This document shows, piece by piece, positions 36,363 to 49,665 of a DNA stretch of 64,000 nt (the first letter of the stretch is position 1; each line of letters starts with the position of its first letter). Source of the stretch: Octopus bimaculoides (Eukaryota); assembly GCF_001194135.2 (NCBI RefSeq), contig NC_068988.1, forward strand, positions 72,871,463 to 72,935,462, read 5' to 3'. The translations under genes were made by a program, and so were the position numbers. Below the pieces are notes generated by a model. The model did not search any database. It saw only the letters and a program-made list of their open reading frames with translations, and was not told where the DNA came from.

Positions 36363-36599
36363 AACAACAATGTGTGTGTGTCCATGATTTGGATATATTC
36401 ATGCACTTCTGCAAAAGTAAAGCCGCCAGAAAACTGACTGCTCAGTGGTTCAGTAGCTATTTGGTGGATAGGTTTTTACGAGTGGAAATTCCCTGACAGC
36501 TTCGCAATACAAACTTTTATCGCGATCTAACGAATATACACGTCAATACCTACAACCTTTCCTGGACCATTAAGCTACTAATCCCTTTCTTTGCACTCA

Positions 36600-37150
36600 C
36601 TCCCATTAACACTATCCTAATCATCTTTAATCACTATTATTTATTTTCTTCCCAAGCTTTACAAACTCAACCATTCCAACCGCCCAATCTGTATATGCAC
36701 CCTGAACTCTTCTCCTGTTCCTATATNNNNNNNNNNGTGTCATTTCTTCCATACCCAGCCTTCTCAACACTTAATTCCTTTCACCTCTGTGCCTCACTTG
36801 AACCTAACAGTACCACCCTTCTCCGCTTAGCCAAACTTGTCCTTAGGCCTGAACAGCATTCACCTCTCTGATGAGTTCTATCAGAAAACCATGGATATCA
36901 ACATGAACTCAGCTATGTTAAATTCTTTGTGGGCTAGTTTGCAGCCCAGATCTTTGCCCAATTCATTGGACCACCCCCAAGTTGTATCTTCGATATTTGC
37001 AACCATTCTGCTGCCGCAATCTCACAGTCTTAATTTCTTACATTAACTTACTCCACCTGGTTTTAGAATTTAACTCGGCCATCTGCGACACTTCTGTTAC
37101 TTTCCGTCATTTATCAATAGCCCTTACATATCCAACTTTGTGTGTTACAA
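36600..37150 (+). mobile_element. Penelope-like reverse transcriptase fragment, decayed
   Basis: YFLPKLYKLNHSNRPI, TTLLRLAKLVLGLNSIHLSDEFYQK and the downstream palm region resemble PLE RT. Confidence 0.6.
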
Positions 37151-37909
37151 GCCTACACAGATTCACACTCCCAACTTGACTTTTCATCTTTTCGCCCTTT
37201 TGTCATCCCCTTTTCGCAAATTCTTCGATGTAGTAAAGATTATTCAGATTTCTTGGAAAATCCAAAGAATGATCCAGTTCTTTGCATGTAGCTAACCTAC
37301 TGTAGCGGTGCCACCAAAATGTGGTGGAGTCATCATAATGTGGTGGAGTATGTTGTATGTTTGTGTTATCGTGTCAGGGTGCGATAGGCATGTGTTTGCC
37401 TGTGAATAAACAAAGAGATAACTATGTTCAACTATAACACTTTGTTTGCTGCATTGAACTCTGGTGTTAGCACATATTCTTCACCACTACATTAAATTTT
37501 GGCAACTTACTTCGAGTTGCTAGGAAAAATGGAACCAGGATACATCTGTGGAGTTGATGTATCCGAAGACTAAATATGTTCATGTGTGTGTGTGTCTGTG
37601 TGTGTGTTCGTTCTTTCATCTTGCGTGGCACAGCTAAAATCTCTATGTGATAGTCGCAGAGCACTGGGTCGGTCTGTCGTGCATCACACTACCTTGAATC
37701 GATTGTCAACCCCTCATTCAACTGAACCCAGTCCACAAAACCAAAGCCATGACAATCGTCATACACGCATGCTACAAAAAATAGGGTTCTCTTGTTTATC
37801 CTCTTTCAGCGTCGCCTCTGTTGCTAAAGCTATCTTCAGCAATTTTCACTTTCTTTCCTTTGACTGTTATTTTCTCGATCCTCTCCTCCCCTTTTTCAGA
37901 CGAAAGAAA

Positions 37910-38302
37910 CAATTCTTTTCTACTCTNNNNNNNNNNNNNNNNNNNNNNNNNNNNNNNNNNNNNNNNNNNNNNNNNNNNNNNNNNNNNNNNNNNNNNNNNN
38001 NNNNNNNNNNNNNNNNNNNNNNNNNNNNNNNNNNNNNNNNNNNNNNNNNNNNNNNNNNNNNNNNNNNNNNNNNNNNNNNNNNNNNNNNNNNNNNNNNNNN
38101 GGCACAAGGCCCGAAATTTTGAGGGAGGGGAGCCAGTCGATTAGATTGATTCCAGTACGCAACTGGTACTTAATTTATCGACCTGGAAAGGATGAAAGGT
38201 AAAGTCGACCTCGGCGGAGTTTGAACTCAAAACGTAACGGCAAACGAAATACCGCTAAGCATTTCGCCCGGCGTGCTAACGTTTCTGCCAGCTCGCCGCC
38301 TT
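37910..38302 (-). mobile_element. Young SINE family B copy with a 12-bp TSD
   Basis: AGACGAAAGAAA at 37898-37909 and 38303-38314. Head is AAGGCGGCGAGCTGGCAGAAACG; the tail AGAGTAGAAAAGAATTG lies across the N gap. Confidence 0.85.
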
Positions 38303-39211
38303 AGACGAAAGAAAAAGTTGCGAGGTGTCTTGTTAGAAGCTTCCTTTTCTCCAGCGCCTTCAGTTGGTCCCGCTGGAGATATCGCACTTGTTTCTTCATC
38401 TCCACTTGTACACTCATAACTGGTCCCAAAGTGCAATTCCAAGTCACCGAACATTTTGACGACCTCTACCAACCTTATTTACTGTTACACTTGTAAACTC
38501 TGCAAGTTACTACGTTAAAACGGCCGTGCGCACATTGTTTCCGTGTGCACCTCTCCAACGTTTGTAATAACAAGCAAGCTCTCTCTAAACACGTAACTCG
38601 ACATTTCTATCTGCCAATGTACACTCTGAACAATCTCTGCACTACGTCACAGCATGCTTCTCTATTCCTCTTCCTACCAATGCAGGGAAACCACCTTGTT
38701 TTCTTTACTCGAGGTATATTAATTAATGAACACCTCTCTCGTTCTCACAGATGATCTTGCTTTGCTCGACATTTTTTTTTTAGGGTTTGATCAGAGATGG
38801 AAGGGCAGCACCCAGGATCCTGGTGAGAGTGAGTAGGGAAGATTATCCTCAAACAGAGACCTGGTCTAAATGNNNNNNNNNNNNNNNNNNNNNNNNNNNN
38901 NNNNNNNNNNNNNNNNNNNNNNNNNNNNNNNNNNNNNNNNNNNNNNNNNNNNNNNNNNNNNNNNNNNNNNNNNNNNNNNNNNNNNNNNNNNNNNNNNNNN
39001 NNNNNNNNNNNNNNNNNNNNNNNNNNNNNNNNNNNNNNNNNNNNNNNNNNNNNNNNNNNNNNNNNNNNNNNNNNNNNNNNATCATAAGGAAGTTTTGCCG
39101 AATCGGTAGTCTAAGCATATGTGTAAATGATTCCGCCAGATCTTTACTTTCACCCGTTCTTCCTCGCACTAACTCTTCGCCTATAACATTTTTTTTCTCC
39201 ACACTAGCCGA

Positions 39212-39283
39212 TCCTCGGTAGTATGGTGGTAAGTATTCCCGTTTGTCACGCAGGAGCCCAGGGTTCGATTCCTCGCCGGGGAT
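39212..39283 (+). tRNA. tRNA-Asp(GTC)-like sequence, probably a pseudogene
   Basis: TCCTCGGTAGTATGGTGGTAAGTATTCCCGTTTGTCACGCAGGAGCCCAGGGTTCGATTCCTCGCCGGGGAT. The acceptor stem pairs and the anticodon is GTC, but there are single mismatches in the anticodon and T stems. Confidence 0.72.
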
Positions 39284-39289
39284 GCGTTT

Positions 39290-39735
39290 ATACGAGCTGG
39301 CAGGATTGTTAGCACTCCAGGCAAACTATTTAGCGACATTTCGTCCGTCTTTGCGTCCTGAGTTCAAATTCTGCCGAAGTTGACTTTGCCTTTGATTCTT
39401 TCGGGGTCGATAAAATAAGTACCAGTTGAGCATTGGGTTCGGTTTAATCGCCTTGACTCCTACCCCAAAACTACTAGCCTTGTACCAAAATTTGAAACCA
39501 ATATTTTTCTTCACACTAAGCCTGCGAGCTGGTGGAATCGTTTGCACATGGGGGTAAATGCTAAGCTGTATTTCGCCCGTGTTTACGATCTGAATCCAAA
39601 TTCCACCGGGGTATACTTTGCCTTTCATCCTTTCGGATTCGATAAAATAAGTACTTGTTGAAAACTGTGGTCGATGTAATCATCCCCACCCCACCCCCTG
39701 AAGTTGCAGGCCTTGTACCAAAATTTTAAACCAAT
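39290..39735 (+). mobile_element. Two tandem SINE family B copies
   Basis: Two GAGCTGG...TTAGCAC...(GAGTTC/GAATCC)AAATT...CCTTGTACCAAAATTT units. Confidence 0.8.
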
Positions 39736-40532
39736 ATTTTCTCCACACCAGCGGTAATTCTTTTTACATGACAACAACGCTACACTACAGGCAATACAGC
39801 AAACAACAGCAACCAATATTCTCTCTGTCTGTCTCTATCTCTCTTTCTCTTTCTCTTCTTCCTTCACTGCATACCTGGCTCATATATAATTTAACCCTTC
39901 TGTCTTCCAAATTTCGTGCTGATTATCTCATCATTTTGATCGTTATCTCCTTGTTAACATCTGTTTCGTCTAGTTACCCTTTCCCTTTCCTTATTCTTAA
40001 AATTTCGATTGAATCCATTTATTCAACATTATCAGAAAACATTTTTCTGATAATGTTTTCTGCCCAAATCGTTCGACTTTTCTTCACAGTAACTAATTTA
40101 TTCAATTTTGTAACGTTGTTATCTCTGTGAAACCAATAGTAACATTGGTGAATTAAATGTGTTAGTAGTGTGTGAGACGAAAGTTAAGCTCGGGGTATAT
40201 GAATATATATAGATATAATACGTACTGGTCAGAGCATTAAAAAAAATATACCTTGGTTATGTCATGTGAAGACAAGTGAATGACACAGGTATGGAAAAAA
40301 AATTTTAATTGGCAGTACACTAAAATATATGAAGCAAAGCTGAACATTTTCCCACTAGATCTGGGTTTGTAACCAACTTGTATGCGTTTCTGGATGTTTT
40401 AAAAATAGCTTTATAATCTTTTTTTTTTCTATAGCTCAGGTAAATAAATTCTTGAAAATAATGTGTATGTGTGCGTGTGCGCACGATTAAAATAAGCTGT
40501 TGATAAGTTATCATCAATGAAACATTTTGAAA

Positions 40533-41007
40533 CCGTTAGCATGCAATTTACTGTCGTAAAAAAGTGAAAGTATACTATCCTAAAAATGAAAGTAAATTGC
40601 GATAGAAACTGAAGTGACGAGAGTAGCGTCCTATTATTTCACGTAAACAATGTATGTGACATAACTAATGTACAGAACGCACATGTATTTAATAAAACAT
40701 TAAAATAGTACATATATTTTAAATAAGATGAAAACAATCTCATCTACGGGAAAACAAGTCATTGATGCACGAATTGAGATTCGTGAATAATTTTTCACAG
40801 TCTCTAAATTTGTTTTACCACATATGTTCATGAAGATATGATGTAAATAAATCATCACTAGTACCACACTGTCGTCTAATTTTCTGCTTGGCAAATATTC
40901 ATCACTCTTGTATAGTCTCGTCACTTCCGATTTCTATCGCAATTTACTTTCATTTTTTAGGATAAGTTACTTTCACATTTTTACGACTGTAAAATGCATG
41001 TTAACCC
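40533..41007. mobile_element. MITE with ~90-bp TIRs
   Basis: 40533-40625 is the reverse complement of 40913-41007 (GTCGTAAAAA.GTGAAAGTA..TATCCTAAAAATGAAAGTAAATTGCGATAGAAA). Confidence 0.8.
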
Positions 41008-41125
41008 TAGAAACTTCTATAATATATGTACTATTGTAGTACAATAAAAAGCTAGTGTCAAATATTGGTCTAGATTGGTGCAGCGTGGCGTTTCCTTTTT
41101 AATTGTTATAGCATCTTTACCTTTT

Positions 41126-43890
41126 GTGAGATAAGATGACCCGGAAAGAAAGGGCTGTGACGTCAACAGTCAAGGGGCTTGACTGGAACAAGGAGGGGGA
41201 GAGAAAGGTGAGGGAAGTAAGATCCAGGGTCATCCTTTCTCAGCATGGCGCACTTGCCGTGAGCGGACGTCAGCGGAGCAAGCTAGCGGGATTGGTAGTA
41301 GCAGCTGCTAACATTAGGTGTGACGGGTAAGCAGGGCTGGCTCAAAGTATCAGCAACTCAAGCAGTTGCCCAGAGTGCCATGTGCTAGCTGGCGCCAAGG
41401 AGGCTGTGACAAAGACAAGGAAATTTCCATAACCGTCTGCTTGTACATGCTGAAGTTCAGCTTGCCTGGGACGCCAGCAACCCTTGGGCTGGCCCTGCAG
41501 GTAAGGCACATATTTTGGACTTAGTACAGCTGGACAGCCAACAATGAGAAGGTAGGTGAACCATATCTTATTTCCCCATATTACAGTTCCCTCTTACCAC
41601 AAGCTATTTCAGCACTTGTGTATAGATATATTTCTCCATTGTTGTTGTCCCCTTCCATGAGATTTCTCCATTGTTGTTGTCCCCTTCCATGAGATGGCAG
41701 CGAAGGTAAGGACTGGCAGTGATACTGTCAGACCTTTCTATGGAGAAGGAGATGTGGTGGCCTGGATCCGTAAGATCAAGGTAGTGGCCAGGCTACAAGG
41801 CATTGACAATGCAGTAGGTCTCATGGCCCTGTACCTAGAGGGCAGCACATTGGCACTGTACCTCAAGGTAGACAAGGAAGACCAATTGAACATGGCTAAG
41901 ATCAAGCAGCGTTTGGGGGAAGCCTATACGGAGGGAACGTACATTGTGTTTGCTAAGCTGGGAATGGCCAGGTGGACAGAGGAACAGGTTAATGAGTATG
42001 CTGCGGAGGTTCGGAGACTGGCCATGCTATCTGGTTTTACCAGAGTGGGTCTAGAGAAGGCGGCACGACTGGCCTTCGTAAATGGCTTTCCTGACATATC
42101 AGTGTGACCGCAACAACTGCCTGGCAGCGACAAAATGGCGATGAGTGAGCTCATCGTTCAAACCAGCAAAACACCGGGTGGAAGGCAGTGGTGATGGCAG
42201 CTGCAGAAGCTCATGACTGCGCAGAGACGATACCCGGACCCGTTTATTACCAGTGCAGGGAGACCGGGCATATCGCTCAAAATTGCAGCCAGGGAAAATG
42301 CTACAGGGAAGTTGCTGCCTCTCAAACTTCCCCCGCAAACAAATAGAGGCACTCATGCAGTCACTTCCTGTAGTTGAAGTCTTGATCAGGGAAAGGCGTT
42401 CAAAGCCCTCGTGGATACGGGCTGTGCGACATCTCTCTTGACCCTGAGGGTGACAAAAACATAGAAGGGTACAAGTAGTGTTCAGGCAGTGGACAGCAGC
42501 GAGATTGGATGTAAGGGTAGCAGTGACTTGAAGATAGCAGTGCAGGGCACAATGCTGAAGCTGTGATTGTGATTGACTGTGTGGTAGACTGAATTGATGT
42601 GGTGATGGGGATGGACACGATCAACTGCCTTGGAGGTGTCAGTGTTAATAGAGATGTGGTTTCGTTTGGTGGTACAGGGGTATCATGTGCTGTAAGTCTG
42701 CAACATAAGAAGGAGCAGAGCTCCATGAGGGACTCTACTGCTTGCACCCTTGAAGACAAAGACTTTCAGGTGGTGCTCGATGGTCAGCGGAATGAGGAGT
42801 TCCCAATGTCGAAGAACAAGCTGAGAGCTGCTACCAGCATACCTTGAAAGGACATGCCAGGAGCAAGTTTGAAGAAGAGGTAGAGAGGTGGATTAAGGAA
42901 GGTGTCCTTATCCCATGGAAGGAGGAGGTGGTGAGCAGAGTGCTACTTCTAATGGCAGTGGTGCAGCCAACAAAGGGCAAAGTATCGTGCCTCACGGGTA
43001 GCAAGGTGACTAATGTCTGCAGTGAGACACTGCACAAATGGAGACAAATGACGAGGGCAGCGATGATTGGTTGACTTGAAGTTGGCATATTTTCAGCTCC
43101 ATGTAAGCGAGAAACTGTGGCAGTATCAGCTGCCATAGGGCCAGACATACTGTTTGACCAGGCTGGGTTTCAGGCTAAATTGCGACAGTGTGCAAGTCTA
43201 TCCTGAGAAAGGTGGACAGGATAAGAAGGAGCATCAATTCCTTGGTAGATGAGATTGTAGTGTCTTCCACAGAGGTTGTAAGTCATGTAAAGAAGTTCGG
43301 GCTGATTGTGAAGCCACCAGTGCCAATGGTTGGAGGAGCTGCACTGGGGCTCAAGCTTCAAAGAGATAAAACAGGCTCGTTGGTGTTTCGAAGGGGGAAT
43401 GAGATCCCAGAACTGGGTACCAGCGTCAGCAGGAAAGAACTATTCTCAATGTGTGAGAGAATAATGGGTCACTACCCAATCGCAAGGTGACTATGAACAG
43501 CATGCAGCTACATCAAGAGATGTGCAGACGAGACAAACTGGGGAGACAAACTGGTGGCGATGATGCAGGAGATCCTAGAGAGGACAAGAACAGAAGACCC
43601 AGTAAGAGGAAACTGGTATGTGTCCAAATTGGAGAATGGGACCATATGGTACGATGCTAGCAGCACAGCAGTAGGGGTTGTACTGGAAATCAGAAGTGTT
43701 GAAGTGGGGAACATGGCCTGGCTTCGAAAAGCAGATGATTACAACAACATCAACATGGCTGAGTTGGACGCAGAGCTGAAGGGGTGAATCTGACCCTGAA
43801 ATGGAGGTTGCACTATCCAAACCAATTCATCTACTGTGCTCGGCTGGGTAGGATCAGTGATCACCGATGAAAAGAGGGTTCAAACCAAAT
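41126..43890 (+). mobile_element. Decayed Gypsy/Ty3 LTR retrotransposon (putative LTR, gag, protease, RT, RNase H; no integrase seen)
   Basis: Gag 41694-42107 (RPFYGEGDVVAWIRKIKVVARLQ...LYLEG), protease ALVDTGC at ~42405-42425, RT VQPTKGK / YCLTRLGF, RNase H WYDASSTAVGVVLE. The LTR bound (~41126-41585) is tentative. Confidence 0.85.
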
Positions 43891-43929
43891 ACTAAGAAAT
43901 AAGCATGCTCAATTTGATTTATACCAAAT

Positions 43930-44200
43930 GAGTTAGGAAAATGAATGGGTTATTTCCCTTGGCTGTTACAATCTGGGCAAAAGGGTTATTTCCCTTGACT
44001 GTTAAAATGAAATATATTAGATATATATAAGGATCCTTTCCAGGGGCCCTATTATCGATTTTTTTCAACAATATGAGTATGCCATGAGGTTTCCAGGCAT
44101 GAGTTCTATTCACGTGTCAAGTTTCATCAAAATCAATAAAATGATGTAGCAGGAGTTAGATAACAACTCCACAGACAGAATTTCCCACATGTGCAGTATA
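43930..44200 (-). mobile_element. Interspersed repeat, copy 2 of 35150-35400
   Basis: Reverse-complement homology, with a tandem GGGTTATTTCCCT core and an adjacent (TA)n. Confidence 0.6.
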
Positions 44201-44224
44201 TATATATATATATGTATATGTATG

Positions 44225-44306
<82 letters not shown>

Positions 44307-47300
44307 ATATGTGTAAGGGACGACCGTGCGAACTCATAAAAGGAGAAATGGTGACGAATGGAAAAACAGAGGACTCCTTTTATTTAAACGGGTCACACGG
44401 TCGAACACACAATAGGACATATTTATAAACCACCAAGAAAGTAAAACAGATATGTTTTTACAAAGTTTAAACTTACTCAAATTAGTACTTTAGGCAGTAT
44501 TTCATTCTTTGTATCAGAAATTTTCTTCAAATGGTGAAGGGCAGTCCATTTTAAAGAAATCACCATAATGAACACAGAATTTTTAAGCAAAATTTCATCT
44601 GATAAAAAAGTGTTTTTAAATAAATGTTTATTTAACCAAGCATGATCATCAGAAGCTAATGACCATTAGAAGCTAATAATCCAATGCCATTGTATTAGAA
44701 ACTGTAGTTATTTTAGTGTTTAACATATTTAATGCAGAGAGAATTAATACAAAAAAAAAAACCTCTAAATATATGGTGACATGAAAGTAATATTAAGTCA
44801 ACTTAGTATTCAGTGAATCTAGAAGTAGATATAGCATGAATGTATTGGATTAAAACCCCTTGAATAGAAAAAAAAGACTGAATACTACGTTACGACTCAA
44901 ACCTGCCCACAAGTAGGCTTCAACCATTGTTTTTTTAATCCAAGTTTTTTTTTAGTTCAATAAATTAAATGTTATTATAATTCTATGAAGGTGGAAAGAC
45001 AGCAAGAAACGTTGGTCAAACAAGTTTGTAGCAATTATCCTGACTCTTTATATTCTGAGTTTAATTCCTATTGTGGTGAATTTTGTCTTATATCCAACTG
45101 AAGCCAACAAAATAAAATACTATTCTGGTATCAACTGACCACCTCTCTCAAAATTGTTTACCTTCTACCAAAAACCATTATTTATAACAATATCCACTTC
45201 AAGATTTACCATTAAAATAATTTATTTTACATCTTGAAGGTTCTACATTTTCATATTGTTGAATATCATTTTTTACTGTTCTTTTTTTTTTTACACTTTT
45301 TACATTAAATATGCTTTGTATTATAGTTTTCCCTCCAGATGGCATCATTTGAGTTCTTTATAAATAATCTTATACAATTATTTTGTGATTTTTTTATACT
45401 CCCTACATGAAATTTGTTAATAACTTAGCTAACAGATGAGAATAGTTCTGTTTATTCAAATTTATGATGGTTACACCATAGATGGTAACCGAGGATGAAC
45501 TAGTTGATGTTAGTCACTCTCAAAAATAAATGTGTTTACAAAATTTGTGGATACGGCAGCAAAATTGCTAACTGGGACAAAATGAGTCATTTCTAATTTT
45601 TCATTATTTATTCTGTACTTGTTTGAAACTATCACATAGCAAGTATTGCATCATCATTTTGTACTGTTGCATCATCTTTGGGAGTAAAAATTGGTCAGCA
45701 TAGTTGTTCGTTGAATTTAAGAGTTTCAAACCTAGGCAGGTAACAGGTATTATTTTTTCAAGATATTTTTCCTTAACTTTGACCCAATTGTAATTGAGGT
45801 TGCCAATAAGTTTTGGTGTTTAACAATCAATATTCTTTTCTCTGTTGGATTTCAAGTCAATTTTTTCCCCACACTAATATCTAGTTTGATAATTTTCTAT
45901 TTTCAAAGAAATTATGTCTAAACTGGGGCAGAATGAATAATGACTAATTTCAATAATTTCTCTTTAACTGCATAGTGCATAAATATATTGTGAAGAGAGC
46001 CACTCCAGCAGATAGTGAAGAAGCTATTGGGAATATTTTGTGTTGAGTTTTGTTAATTCTACATTATGTGCCATTTTCCCATGATCCTCTTTCAATTTCA
46101 CCTAGATATTTTTAATTTTTGTTGCATTTCTGATATTTCTGACTTCTAAGGATAGATATTGATGTGTATGAGTCTTTTCTTAAATGTAATTCTGGAGAAT
46201 TGAAGAGACAAATTTATTTTGTCTTATTCATTTTGCCCTACAAAATCTGTTTTTTATATGTTCATGGAGAATGGAGATAACTTTCTGAAATAGTGTTCAG
46301 ACTATGTTATAGTTTCTAAATGCATTTAGAGAAGGTCATTTGCTTAGCTGATATAGTTTTTGTAAGTAATGAACATTTGTAAAAAATATATTTTGTTTCA
46401 AAGTCAAAATGCAGTCAATCTTACTCAGAGAGAGAGAGGGGGGGGAGAGNNNNNNNNNNNNNNNNNNNNNNNNNNNNNNNNNNNNNNNNNNNNNNNNNNN
46501 NNNNNNNNNNNNNNNNNNNNNNNNNNNNNNNNNNNNNNNNNNNNNNNNNNNNNNNNNNNGAGAGAGAGAGAGAGAGAGAGAGAGTGTGTGTGTGTGTGTG
46601 TGTGTGTGTGATCCTTGCATCCCATTATTTCCTTCTATAGCAAAACCAATTTAAAGTTTGTCATTAAAGTTATAATTTCAAGACATTGTATATTTGTTGC
46701 AGAAATCAACTTCAAATTGCTATGTTAAAATTGAAGATGACCTCGAAGTTGACATTTAATACAATTAAAATATATAATTGAAGCTGTATATATTGTTAGA
46801 TTTCTGGTTTCATACGTAGTTTTAGAAGTGATTCCTATCAATACAAGCAGATCAATATTAAGCTTGTCAAACTTTAGTTACTCTATATTCAATCAAAGAG
46901 TTTTATTTATCTAAGGGGGACTTTCAGAACAGCTGTCACACATAAATTGGAATTTCTCTATTTCTTTTGGGATTTGGGAATTTTCCCCATTTAATAGTAT
47001 CCTTTATTTCAAAATACTATGGATGGGTGTGGGAGGTAGTGGATATTTAAAATTTTTAATCAAATTCCATGTTTTTCAAATGTCTCGTCCCGAACTCATC
47101 ATGCCTTTGAAATAGTAGTCACCACTAAAATATATGGTAGTTGATTTCATCTTCATTTCTGATCGCATGTAAATCACAAGTTTATCATGAATGCAGACCC
47201 CATTTCAGCCAATCAGAGCTCATTGTTCACATGATAAATTTTAGAATTTTCTTTCAGCGATGGGCTTATAAACAGCTGCTTTTAGTGCAAAGAGGCTGAG

Positions 47301-47825
47301 GAAATTGGGGCCCCATTCATTACAAGGTCCCATGAACTCCTCTCTCATAGCTATTTTCACAGCTTCATACTCAAACCAGCACAATTCTCCTTATAGCTGT
47401 TTTCACAGCTCTATACCCAACTCAGAGATGGATGAATTTTTCAAGCAATTTACCTGTTAAATGGCTCAATAATGAATAAATAGATAAATAAATGAGAAAT
47501 TCAAGTAATGGTAACTCTTGTATGCATGGATACACACACACACATAAATATATATGCATATGAATACACTGTGTTTGTATGCATTCATACATTTGGTTAG
47601 CAGTTCTGATGCTGCATTCTCACCTGGTGATTACCCTAGGGATAACCTAAAAATATGAAACTTGAAGTAACAAAACCTAAGAATATGAAACTTGAAGTAA
47701 CAAAATGCTAAGCTAATCAATATGGTAAATGTTTGATCTATCCAGGTATTGAGTTGTTTTTTGCTTTGTTTTAACTAGATTGTTGCTGAATCTGTTTATT
47801 TTGTTTCTTTTTTTTTTTTTCTTAG

Positions 47826-47942
47826 TTGAAAATCTGGAAGATTACTGTGCAGCATTTGTTTCTTGTGTGGTGCTGCAAGCTGTTCAGCGCTATGTTCTGG
47901 TGGAAATCAAACAAAGGTTGACCAGTATTTCAAATGACACAG
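47826..47942 (+). CDS. Internal coding exon (phase 1-1) of an unidentified gene
   Basis: Poly-T then CTTAG acceptor and CAG|GTTAGT donor; 117 nt open: ENLEDYCAAFVSCVVLQAVQRYVLVEIKQRLTSISNDT. Confidence 0.7.
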
Positions 47943-48269
47943 GTTAGTAATGGTATCTTGTATCAGGTATCAGCAAATTCTTTTTGTAATGTCCTACTAT
48001 AATTTTTTTAAACATTGCCCATGGCTCACTTATATATAAAATTTTGTCCTTGGAACCTATAAATTCCAAATATTCACTTTGCAGTAAAATGTTAGTGTTT
48101 ATATTTATTTATGTAGTTTAACAGTTGTTAATAGTTCTAAGAGAAAAAATGCTTCATTTGTTTTTTAATAAACAAGCAAAGTCAGATCATAACATTCCTT
48201 TGCAGACTTAGGTTCTTCTATAATATTCATGGGATAGAGTTGCATAACTGAGGTTTTAAAATTTTGTGT

Positions 48270-49260
48270 ATAAATACCTTTAGAAAGGACAGAAAATATA
48301 CTTTAGCTTTAAAACTAAAAGTTATTGAAGTTGCTAAGAAGACGAATGTCTGTGTTGTATTTCAGGGAACCTAGTGAAAAACTGAATATCAATCAAACTT
48401 CAGACAATACCAAAAAGAAAAAGTGTTTATGGAGATAAACCAATTCATCTAAATAGAAATTAAGTTACTCATACAACCCTCCAAATCCATGCAGAAAAGA
48501 AAACAAAGAAGAATGGAATTCCAAATTTTAAAGCAAGCACTGATACACTAGGTTCATGAGCCAGTATGACTTTGGTAGAGAGTTAAGATTGCGCAAAAGT
48601 TGCCTGAAGATCTTGGTGATAATTTATCACTGTTTCACCAGTTTATAACCAGAAATTGGAAATAGGAAGGCTACAAGTTATCATGTATTGCGAACATGGA
48701 CAAAGTGCCTATTTGGCATGTCAAAATACTGAATTGTAAACCAAAATAGAAGAAAAGCAATATTGATGAAAACCACTGGCCATGAGGAAAGTAGGATTGC
48801 TTGTATGGCTGATTGTACTAAGTTAAAACCAATAACTGTTTTTTACATAAAACCTTTGCCAAAGGAGAAATTTCCAGGAATTTTTGCCCATGTGTTAGAT
48901 GGATGAGGGTGAATGTAGAAAATGTATTAAAGAAGTTTGAAATTTATGATCTGGTGAACTACAAAAAAGATGGCTTGCTGATCTGGGATCAGTTTTGAGC
49001 ACATCAAATGTTGATTAGTCTATGATCACTAAACACTGAAATGGCTGCTTTTCCTAATGGATTTATAAATGTTTTGCAGCCATTAGATGTTATCAGTAAG
49101 CCATTTAAGGATAATATGAAAATAAAGTGGAATAACTTGATGCACAATGAACAAAAAAACATACATAAAAAAGCAATATGCGGGCTTCGTTACTGCCTCT
49201 GATCTGTGAATGGATTGTTCACAGTTTAGAGAAAAAAGACGTTTTTGATATAGATTGTTG
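48270..49260 (+). mobile_element. Decayed pogo/Tigger (DDE_1) transposase, intronic
   Basis: ANMDKVPIW, KTTGHEE...CMADCTKLKP, LLIWDQF.AH, VLQPLDV.SKPFKDNMKIKWNNLM. Confidence 0.8.
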
Positions 49261-49469
49261 TTTGTATGGGCAGTGGTGGGGGTGTTTCTACATCTTTTAT
49301 TCATTTTGGCTTTTAAAGCCTGAAGTTATGTTGAATTAGAAATAAAAGTACAGCACTGAAACATTGTGCCTGTGGTGAATGTGATTTTAACTAATCATGA
49401 ATATGGAAATAATATGGCTGGAGAGTTGTGATATGAAACACACCAGACAGTTAATATTAAATATGCCAA

Positions 49470-49665
49470 AAAGGTGGTGAGCTGGCAGCATTGTTACCAC
49501 ACCAGTTAAAATGCTTTGAAGTATTTCTCCTGACTTTACGTTCTGAGTTCAAATGTCGTCAAGGTCGACTTTGTCTTCCATCCTTTTGGGATTGATAAAA
49601 TAAGTCCCAGTTGAACACTATCTCTTCCCCTGAAATTGCTGACTTTGTAACAAAATTTGAAATCA
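49470..49665 (+). mobile_element. SINE family B, intronic
   Basis: AAGGTGGTGAGCTGGCAGC head; GAGTTCAAATG..AAGGTCGACTTTG. Confidence 0.7.

Noticed and set aside
36861-36890. CTGATGA...GAAA spacing suggestive of a hammerhead
   Set aside because: No stem II pairing and no stem I/III or UH site; it lies within Penelope RT coding sequence.
45330-47750. Candidate upstream exons for the 47.8-55.9 kb gene (e.g. ~45481 MVTEDELVD, ~47715-47746)
   Set aside because: Wrong phase, in-frame stops or weak acceptors; not supportable without transcripts.
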